From Candidatus Izemoplasmatales bacterium (GTDB taxonomy: Bacteria > Bacillota_I > Bacilli_A > Izemoplasmatales > Hujiaoplasmataceae): a stretch of 64,000 nucleotides of DNA. The first letter of the stretch is position 1; the number at the start of each line of letters is the position of its first letter. The position numbers and the translations under genes are program-made. The stretch is from the NCBI GenBank assembly GCA_050949045.1, contig JBMNEZ010000001.1, positions 128,001 through 192,000 on the forward strand, in the 5' to 3' direction. Below the pieces are notes generated by a model, which was given only the letters and a program-made list of their open reading frames with translations, searched no databases and was not told the origin of the DNA. Below, in pieces: positions 49,829-59,803 of this stretch.

Positions 49829-50806
49829 ATGGCAAATATCGTTGAAGCGGTTCCCAATTTCAGCGAGGGACGCGATCAGGAAAAAATCAAACGGTTGATG
49901 AGCGTTTTTTGCCATCATCCGGACATTAAAATCGTCAACTGCGAACCCGACGCCGACTACAATCGGACAGTGGTCACTTTGCTTGGCGACGGTGAAAAGA
50001 TGGTTTTTGCCCTGATGGATCTTGTCGGTGCCGCAGTCGATGAAATCGATCTCAATCACCACAAGGGAGAGCATCCCCGCATGGGGGCTGTCGATGTCAT
50101 CCCCTTTATTCCGATCGAGGGCGTCGCCATGAAAGAATGTGTCGCTTACGCGGAAAAACTAGGATCAATGATCAGTGACAAATACCAGATCCCCGTGTTT
50201 TTATATGCCGAAGCCGCTCGAAATGAGGAAAGGGCGGCGCTTCCGAATATCCGCAAGGGCGAATTCGAAGGCATGAAGACGAAAATCACCGAGCCAAAGT
50301 GGCATCCTGATTTCGGTGAGGCGAAAATTCACCCGACTTTTGGAGTTGTCGCCGTCGGCGCAAGACCGTTCTTGATCGCCTATAACATCGATCTCGCAAC
50401 TAAAGACGAAGAGATAGCGAAAACAATCGCCAAGGCGATCAGAAAGTCAAACGGCGGTTTCCAATACATTCAGGCCGGGCCTGTGTTTCTCGAAAAACGA
50501 GGGCATGTCCAAGTGACGATGAATATCCTTGACTACAAAAAGAACCCTATTTACCGGATCTTTGAGACTGTCAAGATGGAAGCCAGGAGATATCACGTCA
50601 AAGCGACCGGAGCCGAGATCGTCGGGATGATTCCCAAAGATGCGCTCATTAGATCTTTGGAATATTATCGTGCAATTGGTGATTGCCAAGCAGATTTGAT
50701 CAAAGCTGATCTTGACGGGATTGCCGAAGCCGCTTGTAAACATCTATTGCTTAGAGATTTTTCCAAAGCGAAGATCATTGAATCCTATCTTGAGGACCGC
50801 CGATGA
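49829..50806 (+). CDS. ftcD: Glutamate formiminotransferase
   Basis: VPNFSEGRD, YNRTVVT, GEHPRMGAVDVIPF, GARPFLIAYN. Confidence 0.92.
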   Translation: MANIVEAVPNFSEGRDQEKIKRLMSVFCHHPDIKIVNCEPDADYNRTVVTLLGDGEKMVFALMDLVGAAVDEIDLNHHKGEHPRMGAVDVIPFIPIEGVAMKECVAYAEKLGSMISDKYQIPVFLYAEAARNEERAALPNIRKGEFEGMKTKITEPKWHPDFGEAKIHPTFGVVAVGARPFLIAYNIDLATKDEEIAKTIAKAIRKSNGGFQYIQAGPVFLEKRGHVQVTMNILDYKKNPIYRIFETVKMEARRYHVKATGAEIVGMIPKDALIRSLEYYRAIGDCQADLIKADLDGIAEAACKHLLLRDFSKAKIIESYLEDRR

Positions 50807-52059
50807 AAGCAAGTCTGTTAATCCATAATATCAGCCATCTCTATACGCAAGCCAACGAACCTCCGGTTCGGGGCAAAGCTATGAAAGACATCGTCTGTCT
50901 CGATGATGCTTTTGTTGCTTGTGATAATGACCGCATCATCGGTTTTGGCACCGGAGAATTCAATGACTATGTTTCAAACACCACGCTTCTTTTTGATGCA
51001 AAGGGGCTAATCCTTTTACCGGGATTGATTGATTCCCATACCCATCTTGTTCATGGGGGATCGCGCGAAGACGAGTTTTCACTGAAAATTAAAGGAGTCT
51101 CCTATTTTGATATTTTGAACCGTGGCGGCGGGATTCTGAGTACGGTCGCCAAGACCAGAAACGCGAGTTTTAAAGAATTATACGATAAAGCTCGGGAGTC
51201 GCTTGACGAAATGCTTCTCTATGGTGTGACCACCATTGAAGCTAAATCTGGTTACGGGCTCGATCTTGAAACCGAGATCAAACAACTAAAAGTCGCAAAA
51301 AAACTCAATCATGACCATCCAATCGACATCATCTCCACCTATCTTGGAGCCCATGCCGTTCCCAAAGAGTTTCTGAATAGAAAACAGGCATTTGTCTCGA
51401 AAGTCATCCAAGATCTTGAAATCATCAAGGACAAGGAACTCGCTAGATTTGTCGATGTCTTTTGTGAAGAGGGTGTTTTTGGCCTCGAAGAAACGGAAGC
51501 CATCATCAAGCGCGCCAAGGAACTGGGATTTATTCCCAGACTCCACGCCGATGAGATGCATCACCTTGGCGGAGCTGGACTTGGAGTTGATTATGAGGCG
51601 GCGAGCGTTGACCATCTGATGGCGATCAGCGATAGGGATATCGAAAAACTTGCCCATAGCAAAACGATCGCCAACTTGTTGCCGGCAACCTCGTTCTTTC
51701 TAAACAAAGACTATGCGCCAGCCCGAAAATTGATCGACAAAGACGCTGCCGTTGCGATTGCGAGCGACTACAATCCCGGCTCGACGCCTTCGGAGAACTT
51801 TCAACTGACGATGCAATTGGCGGGCATCAAACTGAGGATGGATCCTAAGGAGATCTTGACGGCTTCGACGATCAACCCTGCTTATCTTCTCGGGATTCAC
51901 AACGAATGTGGCAGTATTGCCATCGGCAAAAAAGCTGATCTGGTCTTGTTTAAGGCCAAGAACATTGATTATTTAATCTATCATTACGGTATCAACCATA
52001 CCGAGCACGTTTTCAAAAACGGCCGCATAGTGGTCAAAAACCGGCAACTCTGTTACTGA
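50803..52059 (+). CDS. hutI: Imidazolonepropionase
   Basis: PGLIDSHTH, GGGILSTV, EAKSGYGL, DVFCE, HADE, SDYNPGS. Confidence 0.95.
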   Translation: MKASLLIHNISHLYTQANEPPVRGKAMKDIVCLDDAFVACDNDRIIGFGTGEFNDYVSNTTLLFDAKGLILLPGLIDSHTHLVHGGSREDEFSLKIKGVSYFDILNRGGGILSTVAKTRNASFKELYDKARESLDEMLLYGVTTIEAKSGYGLDLETEIKQLKVAKKLNHDHPIDIISTYLGAHAVPKEFLNRKQAFVSKVIQDLEIIKDKELARFVDVFCEEGVFGLEETEAIIKRAKELGFIPRLHADEMHHLGGAGLGVDYEAASVDHLMAISDRDIEKLAHSKTIANLLPATSFFLNKDYAPARKLIDKDAAVAIASDYNPGSTPSENFQLTMQLAGIKLRMDPKEILTASTINPAYLLGIHNECGSIAIGKKADLVLFKAKNIDYLIYHYGINHTEHVFKNGRIVVKNRQLCY

Positions 52060-52070
52060 TGGAGGTTGGA

Positions 52071-52718
52071 ATGAAACTTAGTGAACTGACAATCAGCAAA
52101 TTTCTTGATAAAATCGATTCGAAGTCACCGACGCCCGGTGGAGGCTCTGTCAGCGCTTTGGCCGCAGCCATCGGTGTGGCACTGGTGCGAATGGTAGGGC
52201 ATTTCACAATCGGTAGAAAACGCTTTGAAGCCCTCGATGAATCCGTGAAAGCAGAATTCATCTGCTTGTTTTCCGAGATGGAGAGCATAAAAAACCAATT
52301 TATTGACGCCATTGATCGGGACACCGAAGCCTATAATGAGGTCATGAAAGCCTACAAGTTGCCTAGTGACGATCAGAAAGCACTTGAAATCAGAAACAAA
52401 GCAATTCAAGAGGCAACGATTGGCGCAATTGAAGTTCCTCTCGGTGTGACAGAGACCGCCTTTGCCTTTTTAAGCAGAATCGCGCCGCTTGTCAGTTATG
52501 GCAACCCGAACACGATTTCTGATATGGGAGTTGGGATCATATTGGTCGCGAGCGCCATCGAAGGAGCGATTCTGAATGTCAAAATCAACCTTGCCGGTCT
52601 TGAGGACCGGAACTTGGCTATCAACTATCAAGAGAAAGTTCACCATATACTTGAACAAACGAATCTCCTGCGGGATGGACTGATCAAATCCATCCATGAG
52701 ACATTAAAAATCGAATAA
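52071..52718 (+). CDS. Formiminotetrahydrofolate cyclodeaminase
   Basis: SKSPTPGGGSVSAL, D.D.EAY, SD.GVG, LNVKINL; ATG 52071 after GGAGG. Confidence 0.9.
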   Translation: MKLSELTISKFLDKIDSKSPTPGGGSVSALAAAIGVALVRMVGHFTIGRKRFEALDESVKAEFICLFSEMESIKNQFIDAIDRDTEAYNEVMKAYKLPSDDQKALEIRNKAIQEATIGAIEVPLGVTETAFAFLSRIAPLVSYGNPNTISDMGVGIILVASAIEGAILNVKINLAGLEDRNLAINYQEKVHHILEQTNLLRDGLIKSIHETLKIE

Positions 52719-52903
52719 AGAAGGATAACGTTAATTTTTTATTGACATAGCCGATGTCGCAGCCAGACCTTACAAAGTGTTTTTTGAAATGATCAAGTAT
52801 CCGTTCATAACCAAAAGATAGCGGTTTTTCACGAAAAATCAAGGCATAAATGGGAGAGATCCCATTTTTATTATAGAAAAGAATAGTAGAGAAATCAGAT
52901 TGC

Positions 52904-52932
52904 TTGACATATGACAACCTGTCATATAAAAT
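52904..52932 (+). promoter_or_regulatory. Sigma-A promoter with an overlapping palindromic operator
   Basis: TTGACA (52904)-17 bp-TAAAAT (52927); ATATGACA-acc-TGTCATAT at 52909-52927. Confidence 0.8.
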
Positions 52933-52959
52933 GATAACGAAAAATAAGAGGTGATTTTT

Positions 52960-53592
52960 TTGCCGTCAAAGACATTTATGAACCTTCCCAAAGTGAAACA
53001 GGAGCGCATTTTGGAAGCGGCCAAAAAAGAGTTCTCAGAAGCAATGTTCTCCGATGTTTCAATCAACAGAATTGTCAAGGCTGCTTCAATATCAAGAGGA
53101 AGCTTCTATATGTATTTTTCAGACAAACATGATTTGTTGATATACTTGCTTGAAAATTTCCAAAAACAATTCGACCAGAAATTAAAGTCGCTCGGTGAGG
53201 TCGCCGGTGGTAATATCAAGAAACTTATACTCGGACTACACGATTATCTGTTTACGGCGATAGCGGCGGAAGAAAACTGCAATTTCCTCACTAACTACTT
53301 TACCTATTCGCTATCTGCTTCTGTGAAAAATCACCATCAGGCAAGATCAATGGTTAGCTCGATGACAAAGTTGAGAGAATCGTTGCTTGAATATGTGGAC
53401 AAGAATCAGTTTGACAAACACTACGAAGACGACTTGGAAACAATCATCGATGCTCACCTCATCATTTTAAAACATACGCTCGCAAAAGCGTATCTTCAAA
53501 AAACCAACAGTAAGAAGAGCCGCAAAGATTTAGAGAAACTTCTTGGGATTCTCAAAGACGGCTATCAGAAAAAAGAGGAAAAAAATGCTTAA
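52960..53592 (+). CDS. TetR/AcrR-family regulator
   Basis: TTG start after GAGGTG; MPSKTFMNL..K..RI; HTH ISRGSFYMYF.DK.DL. Confidence 0.9.
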   Translation: MPSKTFMNLPKVKQERILEAAKKEFSEAMFSDVSINRIVKAASISRGSFYMYFSDKHDLLIYLLENFQKQFDQKLKSLGEVAGGNIKKLILGLHDYLFTAIAAEENCNFLTNYFTYSLSASVKNHHQARSMVSSMTKLRESLLEYVDKNQFDKHYEDDLETIIDAHLIILKHTLAKAYLQKTNSKKSRKDLEKLLGILKDGYQKKEEKNA

Positions 53593-55798
53593 ACTGATTG
53601 GAATTGACAAGAGCTATACAACCGGGTCTTTCACTCAAAAAGCTTTGAGCAAAGTGACACTCGACTTCAGAAAAAATGAGTTTGTCACTGTTTTGGGGCC
53701 TTCTGGGTGCGGTAAGACGACTTTGCTCAACATCATCGGGGGTCTCGATCACTTTGATCGGGGAGATTTGATCATCAGCGGCAAGTCGACCAAGGATTTT
53801 AGCGAAGTCGAATGGGACATGTATCGCAACAATTCGATCGGCTTCATTTTTCAAAACCACAATCTAATTCAGCATCTGAATGTACTCCAGAACGTCGAGA
53901 TGGGTATGACTTTGAGCGGGGTGAACGCCCACGAGCGGAAGCGCCGTGCCCAAGAAGTACTAGAACAGGTCGGTCTTCGCAATCATATGCACAAGCGCCC
54001 TAATCAACTTTCTGGCGGGGAATCGCAAAGAGTAGCCATTGCACGCGCTCTGGCAAATAATCCAGATGTCGTCCTCGCAGATGAGCCGACCGGTTCGCTC
54101 GACTCTGTCACCAGTATCCAAATTCTTGACCTTGTCAGTAAAATTGCCAAAGACAAACTGGTGATCATGGTTACCCATAACGCCGAAATGGCCGAGCGGT
54201 ACGCCACGAGAATCATCAAGCTGAAAGACGGCGAAGTAATCGACGACACGAATCCGGTCAAAGAGGATGATGAACTCAAAACCGAGTTCAGTTTAAAGAA
54301 AACTGCCATGAGTTTCAAGACTGCGGTCATCTCATCTTTGAATAACATCAAAACCAAGCTTGGAAGGACTTTTCTGACAGCTTTTGCCGGCAGTATCGGC
54401 ATTATCGGCATCGCGCTGATTATGTCGCTGTCAAATGGGATGGATCAGGAGATTGCGAACTTTGAACGCGACACCCTCTCGGGTTATCCGGTCGCAATCA
54501 CCAACTCCAAATTCGACTTTCAAAAGATTATGGAAATGGAAGAGGATGATCTAGTCTCCTTTCCTGAAACAAACTACGCTACCGCCTTTGACGAGAACCG
54601 CCTACAACAATTCTTTTCCCCGAACATCATCACCGATGATTATGTCGAATACGTCAATGACTATGTGACGAACATCGCTCCCGAAACGATCGCTGGCGTC
54701 AAGTATGTTCGGAAGATGAATCTGTCCTTGTTGCGGTATGACGAAGAAAGCGACGCCTATATCGAAATATACAATGAAAGAAAAACGGCAATACCTCAAA
54801 GCTCTGGCAATGTCTTTGGCTTTGTTTCAAGCCGGTTCACGCTCCTGCCGGATGGCAATGTGTATGGAAATAACTACGATTTGATCTACGGTGCTTATCC
54901 GGACAATAATCTTGATGAAGGCAAAATTCAGGTCGTTATTGTTGTTGATGAATATAACAGAATCTACAAATCAACGCTAGAGCGCCTTGGTTATGACGTT
55001 GATGCTCAAACTGAATTCATGTTTCAAGATATCGTCGGCAGGAATTTCAAATTGTTTGTCGGTGTCTATGATGAGTCGACCAGCGGTCTCGATCAAGCGC
55101 TTGATGTGGAGATCTCCGGCATCATCCGGATCAAACAGGGATCTAATGTCCATCTGCTTTATAACGGTTTTGGCTATACCTCCGATATTGTGGAATATCT
55201 GGCCGCAACATTTCCGAGTGAAGTCGGCGACATCAGCGGCATTTATATCTATCCTTTCAGTTTTGAGGAAAAAGACGAATTGAAAACCTACCTTGACGCC
55301 TACAACAACGAGTTTGAACCAGGTAGTGACGAGAGGATTGATTACGTCGATCAGGCAGCGACATTCACGGCGATGGCGAGCGGTATCGTTGACACGATTT
55401 CGATTGTTCTTGTCGCCTTTGCATCGATCTCTCTCATCGTCTCTTCGATCATGATCGCGATCATCACCTACATCTCCGTTTTGGAACGCACCAAGGAGAT
55501 TGGCGTCTTGCGGGCTTTAGGCGCCAGGAAGAAAGATATCGCCCGGGTTTTCAATGCCGAAAACATCCTGATTGGCTTTGCTTCGGGGATTGTCGGTATC
55601 TTGGTCGCCGCACTTTTGATAATCCCGATCAATCTGATCATTGAAAAACTGGCAGAAATGGGCAATGTCGCGAAACTATCGCCATTGCATGCGATCGCGT
55701 TGATTGTGATAAGCGTCTTTCTTGCTCTTGTGGCCGGGTTGATTCCTGCGCGGATGGCCTCAAAGAAAGATCCTGTCATCGCCCTTCGTACTGAATAA
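53585..55798 (+). CDS. MacB/FtsX-type ABC transporter, fused ATPase-permease
   Basis: GPSGCGKTT, LSGGESQR, ADEPTG, VTH; SVLERTKEIGVLRALGA; DPVIALR; ATG 53585 after GAGG. Confidence 0.93.
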   Translation: MLKLIGIDKSYTTGSFTQKALSKVTLDFRKNEFVTVLGPSGCGKTTLLNIIGGLDHFDRGDLIISGKSTKDFSEVEWDMYRNNSIGFIFQNHNLIQHLNVLQNVEMGMTLSGVNAHERKRRAQEVLEQVGLRNHMHKRPNQLSGGESQRVAIARALANNPDVVLADEPTGSLDSVTSIQILDLVSKIAKDKLVIMVTHNAEMAERYATRIIKLKDGEVIDDTNPVKEDDELKTEFSLKKTAMSFKTAVISSLNNIKTKLGRTFLTAFAGSIGIIGIALIMSLSNGMDQEIANFERDTLSGYPVAITNSKFDFQKIMEMEEDDLVSFPETNYATAFDENRLQQFFSPNIITDDYVEYVNDYVTNIAPETIAGVKYVRKMNLSLLRYDEESDAYIEIYNERKTAIPQSSGNVFGFVSSRFTLLPDGNVYGNNYDLIYGAYPDNNLDEGKIQVVIVVDEYNRIYKSTLERLGYDVDAQTEFMFQDIVGRNFKLFVGVYDESTSGLDQALDVEISGIIRIKQGSNVHLLYNGFGYTSDIVEYLAATFPSEVGDISGIYIYPFSFEEKDELKTYLDAYNNEFEPGSDERIDYVDQAATFTAMASGIVDTISIVLVAFASISLIVSSIMIAIITYISVLERTKEIGVLRALGARKKDIARVFNAENILIGFASGIVGILVAALLIIPINLIIEKLAEMGNVAKLSPLHAIALIVISVFLALVAGLIPARMASKKDPVIALRTE

Positions 55799-55890
55799 CA
55801 AACTGATCAAAAGATCGGTTTCTTATTACTCTGTTTTAAAGATAGAGTCGTTTTGTTAGTTTGACATAGTCTATATTTTGGCTGTCGATT

Positions 55891-55900
55891 GTGATATAAT
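55891..55900 (+). promoter_or_regulatory. Extended -10 promoter candidate for the 55931-58673 operon
   Basis: gTGaTATAAT 30 bp before the start codon. Confidence 0.5.
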
Positions 55901-55930
55901 ACAAAATTATTAAAATTAAGGAGCGTGACC

Positions 55931-56638
55931 ATGACTGACATCAGGGCGAAGATTGCGGAAATTCTTAACAAAGAAGAAGATTTCACCGATGAGTTCGCTG
56001 TTCCCAAAGATGATTTGATCGAGACACACGGCGAATACGAGTATGAAGAACTTTATTCCGACATCTATGTGATAATCAAAAACATTGAAGATTTTTATGG
56101 CGATCATTCCCATCCCAAAGCCGCCGCGCTCCTTGAATCTTTCTTGCTTGAGACGATGATCGTTCTTAAAGAAGATCCGGAGGTAATTGTCGTCGAATCC
56201 GGCGATTTCTTTTGCCGGTCGACGAGTTTCACTCCTGACTCTAAAGCAGTGATGCACCTTTTTGAAAATGTCGTCTGGATCAACTCGATGGCTGAACTCT
56301 ACAACCAGGCGCTCACCGATGTCGGATTGTTGCCAATGGAATTGGGAATCGGTGTCGTCACTTTCCCTCGCGAGGCGATCAATGAGGAATTGGAAGAGGA
56401 AAGATATCCCGGATCGGACATTGAATTCGACTATGGCATTGATTTTCAAAACACGGCAATGAAATTGGCGATTATCGCCAATACTGAAGGCAGGGAAACG
56501 ATTATCGTCAACGATATGGCTTATGATTTTTTGCTTGAAGTTGACAGAGCTTTCTTTGAGGAAAATCTTGTCAAGGAGTATCTCAAAGAAGAGGAAATGA
56601 CTGTGTTTCACGGGAACATCGTTACGGATGACATTTAA
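55931..56638 (+). CDS. Acidic protein resembling a degenerate class III nucleotide cyclase
   Basis: Motif order SDIYVIIKN / SGD / LGIGV / NTAMKL / IIVN..Y / FHGNIV; ATG 55931 after AAGGAG. The CDS is solid; the family call is tentative. Confidence 0.55.
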   Translation: MTDIRAKIAEILNKEEDFTDEFAVPKDDLIETHGEYEYEELYSDIYVIIKNIEDFYGDHSHPKAAALLESFLLETMIVLKEDPEVIVVESGDFFCRSTSFTPDSKAVMHLFENVVWINSMAELYNQALTDVGLLPMELGIGVVTFPREAINEELEEERYPGSDIEFDYGIDFQNTAMKLAIIANTEGRETIIVNDMAYDFLLEVDRAFFEENLVKEYLKEEEMTVFHGNIVTDDI

Positions 56639-56661
56639 TCAGTCAGAAACAGGAGGAAGCC

Positions 56662-57870
56662 ATGGATTTATTCAAAAAGTGCTATGATTTCACGACCGTT
56701 GATGAGTACAAAGCGATGGGTATATATCCTTACTTTCACTCTCTTGAGACTAAACAGGATATCGAGGTGATGATGGAAGGCAAAAGGCGGATTATGATCG
56801 GCTCGAACAACTATCTCGGCTTGACTGGCGATGAGCGAGTCATCAATGCCGGCATCAAGGCGATTGCGGAGTTTGGCTCGGGAGTATCCGGCTCCCGGTT
56901 TTTGAACGGCACACTCACGACCCATATAACCCTAGAAAATGAATTGGCGGAATTTTTAAACAAAGAAGCCTGTCTCACCTTTTCGACCGGATTTCAAACC
57001 AACCTCGGCATCATTTCTGCCATCGCGGGCAGAAATGACATCATCTTTTGTGATCGGGAAAACCACGCCTCAATCTACGACGGGGCAAAACTGAGTTATG
57101 CGACCATGGTAAGATATCGTCATAACGATATGAAGGATTTGGAAAAGAAACTCAAGGAGGCTGACCCGGGCAAAGGCAGATTGATCATTACCGACGGTGT
57201 CTTTTCGATGTCCGGAGATATTTGCCGGCTTCCGGAAATCGTTGCTTTAGGCAAGAAATACCACGCCAGAGTGATGGTCGACGATGCCCATGGCCTCGGT
57301 GTGCTAGGTGAACACGGCAGAGGCACCGCCGAACATTTTAATCTTGAAAACGAAGTTGACATCATCATGGGCACTTTCTCGAAATCGCTTGCCAGCCTCG
57401 GCGGCTATATGGCAGCCGAACATGCTGTTGTCAACTATGTCAAACATAAGTCAAGACCATTTATCTTTTGCGCCGCAATCACTCCGGCAAATGCGGCGGC
57501 CGCCTTAACTTCGCTTAGAATCCTTAAAGCCGAACCGGAACGTCCGAAAGCCCTGTTGGCGATTGCCGCTTATATGCGCAAAAGGCTGCTTGAAAAAGGG
57601 CTCAAGATTCTCGAGTCTTCGATTGCCCCGATCATTCCCATATATACCTACACCGCGCTCAGGACACTCGTTGCCTGCAAGATGCTCTATGATCGCGGTG
57701 TCTATGTTAATCCGGTGTTGCCACCGGCAACCCCTGAGGGCGAATGCCTGATCAGAACAAGTTACACAGCTACCCATACCAAGGAATTGATGGATGAAGC
57801 GGCCGACATCATCGCCGACGTCCTCCATAATCTTCCCGAAAACGACGCTGAATTGTTGGGTCAACTATGA
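56662..57870 (+). CDS. PLP-dependent alpha-oxoamine synthase, serine palmitoyltransferase-like
   Basis: GIYPYF, GSNNYLGL, GSRFLNGT, STGFQ.NLG, NHAS, DGVFSM.GD, DDAH, GTFSKS (PLP lysine), VNPV.PPA; AGGAGG RBS. Confidence 0.85.
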   Translation: MDLFKKCYDFTTVDEYKAMGIYPYFHSLETKQDIEVMMEGKRRIMIGSNNYLGLTGDERVINAGIKAIAEFGSGVSGSRFLNGTLTTHITLENELAEFLNKEACLTFSTGFQTNLGIISAIAGRNDIIFCDRENHASIYDGAKLSYATMVRYRHNDMKDLEKKLKEADPGKGRLIITDGVFSMSGDICRLPEIVALGKKYHARVMVDDAHGLGVLGEHGRGTAEHFNLENEVDIIMGTFSKSLASLGGYMAAEHAVVNYVKHKSRPFIFCAAITPANAAAALTSLRILKAEPERPKALLAIAAYMRKRLLEKGLKILESSIAPIIPIYTYTALRTLVACKMLYDRGVYVNPVLPPATPEGECLIRTSYTATHTKELMDEAADIIADVLHNLPENDAELLGQL

Positions 57871-58673
57871 AAAGAAGTGATCAAGTAGTGGTTGTTACCG
57901 GCGCTTCCAGCGGTATCGGTCTGGAAACAGCCTCCCTTTTGTCGTCAAAAGGGATGAAGGTCTATGGATTGTCGCGCTCAAAGCCTAGAGGAAAATATTC
58001 CTTTAACCACCTCATCGCTGATGTCACCTCGATTGAGACGCTTCAAAAAGCCGCAGACCTCATCAGAGAATCCCAAGGTGGCATTGATGTGCTCATCAAT
58101 TGTGCCGGCATCGGGATTGGTGGCGCCGTCGAGGAGACCGATGAAGCAGATTATGACAATCTCTTTAATGTCAATGTCAAAGGTGTCTTTCAGACTACCA
58201 AGGTTTTTTTACCTCTGCTTCGCGAGGGAAAGGACAAGAAAATCATCAATATTGGTTCCATTGCCGGCATCTTACCGATACCTTTCCAAACTTTCTATTC
58301 GATGTCAAAGGCGGCTATCCAATCTTTTTCGGAAGCTTTGCGAAATGAACTGAGACCATTTGGTATCGAAGTGACCACCGTGCTTCCCGGAGACACCAAA
58401 ACCGCATTTACCAGTAATCGGAAAAACAATCCAATCTCAGAAGAATCCCCTTATGCCGAGAGACAAGCCCGCTCGCTCAAAAAGATGGAGATTGACGAGC
58501 AAACGGGAAAATCTCCAATATCGGTAGCCAATGTTATTTTTAAACTGATTAACAGAAGACGCTTGCCGGTCCAGGTCGCCATCGGATTTGAATACAAGCT
58601 GTTTGTCTTTTTGAACCGGATCCTGCCTAAAAGGCTGGTAAACTGGATTCTCTACCAAATATACGGAAAATGA
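57867..58673 (+). CDS. Classical short-chain dehydrogenase/reductase
   Basis: TGASSGIG, NCAG, IGS, YSMSK, LPGD; ATGA overlap with the upstream gene. Confidence 0.92.
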   Translation: MKRSDQVVVVTGASSGIGLETASLLSSKGMKVYGLSRSKPRGKYSFNHLIADVTSIETLQKAADLIRESQGGIDVLINCAGIGIGGAVEETDEADYDNLFNVNVKGVFQTTKVFLPLLREGKDKKIINIGSIAGILPIPFQTFYSMSKAAIQSFSEALRNELRPFGIEVTTVLPGDTKTAFTSNRKNNPISEESPYAERQARSLKKMEIDEQTGKSPISVANVIFKLINRRRLPVQVAIGFEYKLFVFLNRILPKRLVNWILYQIYGK

Positions 58674-58926
58674 TCAACAAAACAAACAGAGCCACTTTTC
58701 AATTCTTTGTAAGGCAGAAATGTTTAGAGGGATGCGGATAGTCGCAAGAAATACCTCTGACAATTATCCATCATTATTTGAGAGTTTCTTAGAAGTCGTT
58801 TAAAACGACGTAGCGGTGTTAACGAGGAAAGTATCGATCGCCATTTAATGTCAGGGGATGTCGTCTCGAACGCTTTTTTGATAAACTGAATAATTTGTTT
58901 TCAAGAAAATTCTCATCCGAGGAGTT

Positions 58927-59499
58927 GTGATTGTGTACCGAAGACTGTTTGCGGACTATCTTCCTGTCAACGAACAGGAAGAAAAGGACAAGGAACTCAT
59001 CCTATCTTTTATCAACAAGAATAATGATGCTCTTAGCAGAGACAATCTGACTGCCCATGTGACTGCCTCTGCTTTCGTTATCAACAAAACCATGGAGAAA
59101 ATCCTCTTCGTGTACCACAAAATCTATAATTCCTGGTCTTGGGTCGGTGGTCATAACGACGGCGATCCGGATTTGCTCAAAGTCGCGATCAAAGAAGCGA
59201 AGGAAGAAACGGGTGTCACCGAGATTGAACCCTATCAAGACTCGATCTTCACGCTTGATGTGATCTATGTTCCTAACCATATCAAAAAAGGCAAATACGT
59301 TTCCGATCATCTGCATCTAAATGCGGCGTTTTTATTGTTCGCTGATGATCTCCAGAAATTAACAGTCAATCTTCAAGAGACAAAAGATGTCCGGTGGTTT
59401 TATATTAGCGAGGTTCTCGATTATGTGAGCGAGCCAAGAATGATACCGGTATATCAGAAAGCATTTTCGAAAATAAAAGCGATCCGAAACGGTATTTAA
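58927..59499 (+). CDS. NUDIX hydrolase
   Basis: HVTASAFV, GGHNDG.......AIKEAKEETG Nudix box, HLHLN; true start may be GTG 58933. Confidence 0.88.
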   Translation: MIVYRRLFADYLPVNEQEEKDKELILSFINKNNDALSRDNLTAHVTASAFVINKTMEKILFVYHKIYNSWSWVGGHNDGDPDLLKVAIKEAKEETGVTEIEPYQDSIFTLDVIYVPNHIKKGKYVSDHLHLNAAFLLFADDLQKLTVNLQETKDVRWFYISEVLDYVSEPRMIPVYQKAFSKIKAIRNGI

Positions 59500-59803
59500 A
59501 CTGTTGGCATTATTGGGACTCAACCACAAGGGTCCAGATTATGTTTATCAAAATGATTTTTCTATTACATTTTCGTGAAAATGAACCTTATCCGCCGTTT
59601 TAGATTGTTGGCAATTCCCGAGACTGACGATTCCTGTTGGCGGGTGTAGGCTTTCAAGTCAAGGGATGTAAACGACAATAGAATATTTGAATAACGTCAC
59701 AAATTGGCAAAACCTGTTCAATCAAAAAGATACTAAAGAGAGCATGGGAGCATTTCACCTGGTATTGTGATTTTAAAACATATATTTAGGAGTTGAAACA
59801 AAT

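Noticed and set aside
56662..57870. Annotation as bioF or kbl
   Set aside because: No biotin or threonine dehydrogenase genes nearby and the motifs fit SPT better; not fully excluded without a phylogeny
55931..58673. Intact Pycsar/CBASS-type anti-phage system
   Set aside because: The first catalytic Asp appears lost and no TM, TIR or cNMP-binding effector gene is adjacent
58690..58910. Hairpins between the SDR and NUDIX genes as an ncRNA
   Set aside because: Short imperfect stems with no recognisable family consensus
59500..59803. TPP or other riboswitch upstream of yjbQ
   Set aside because: Conserved TPP elements (CTGAGA, ACCTGA..GCGTAGG) are not present in order
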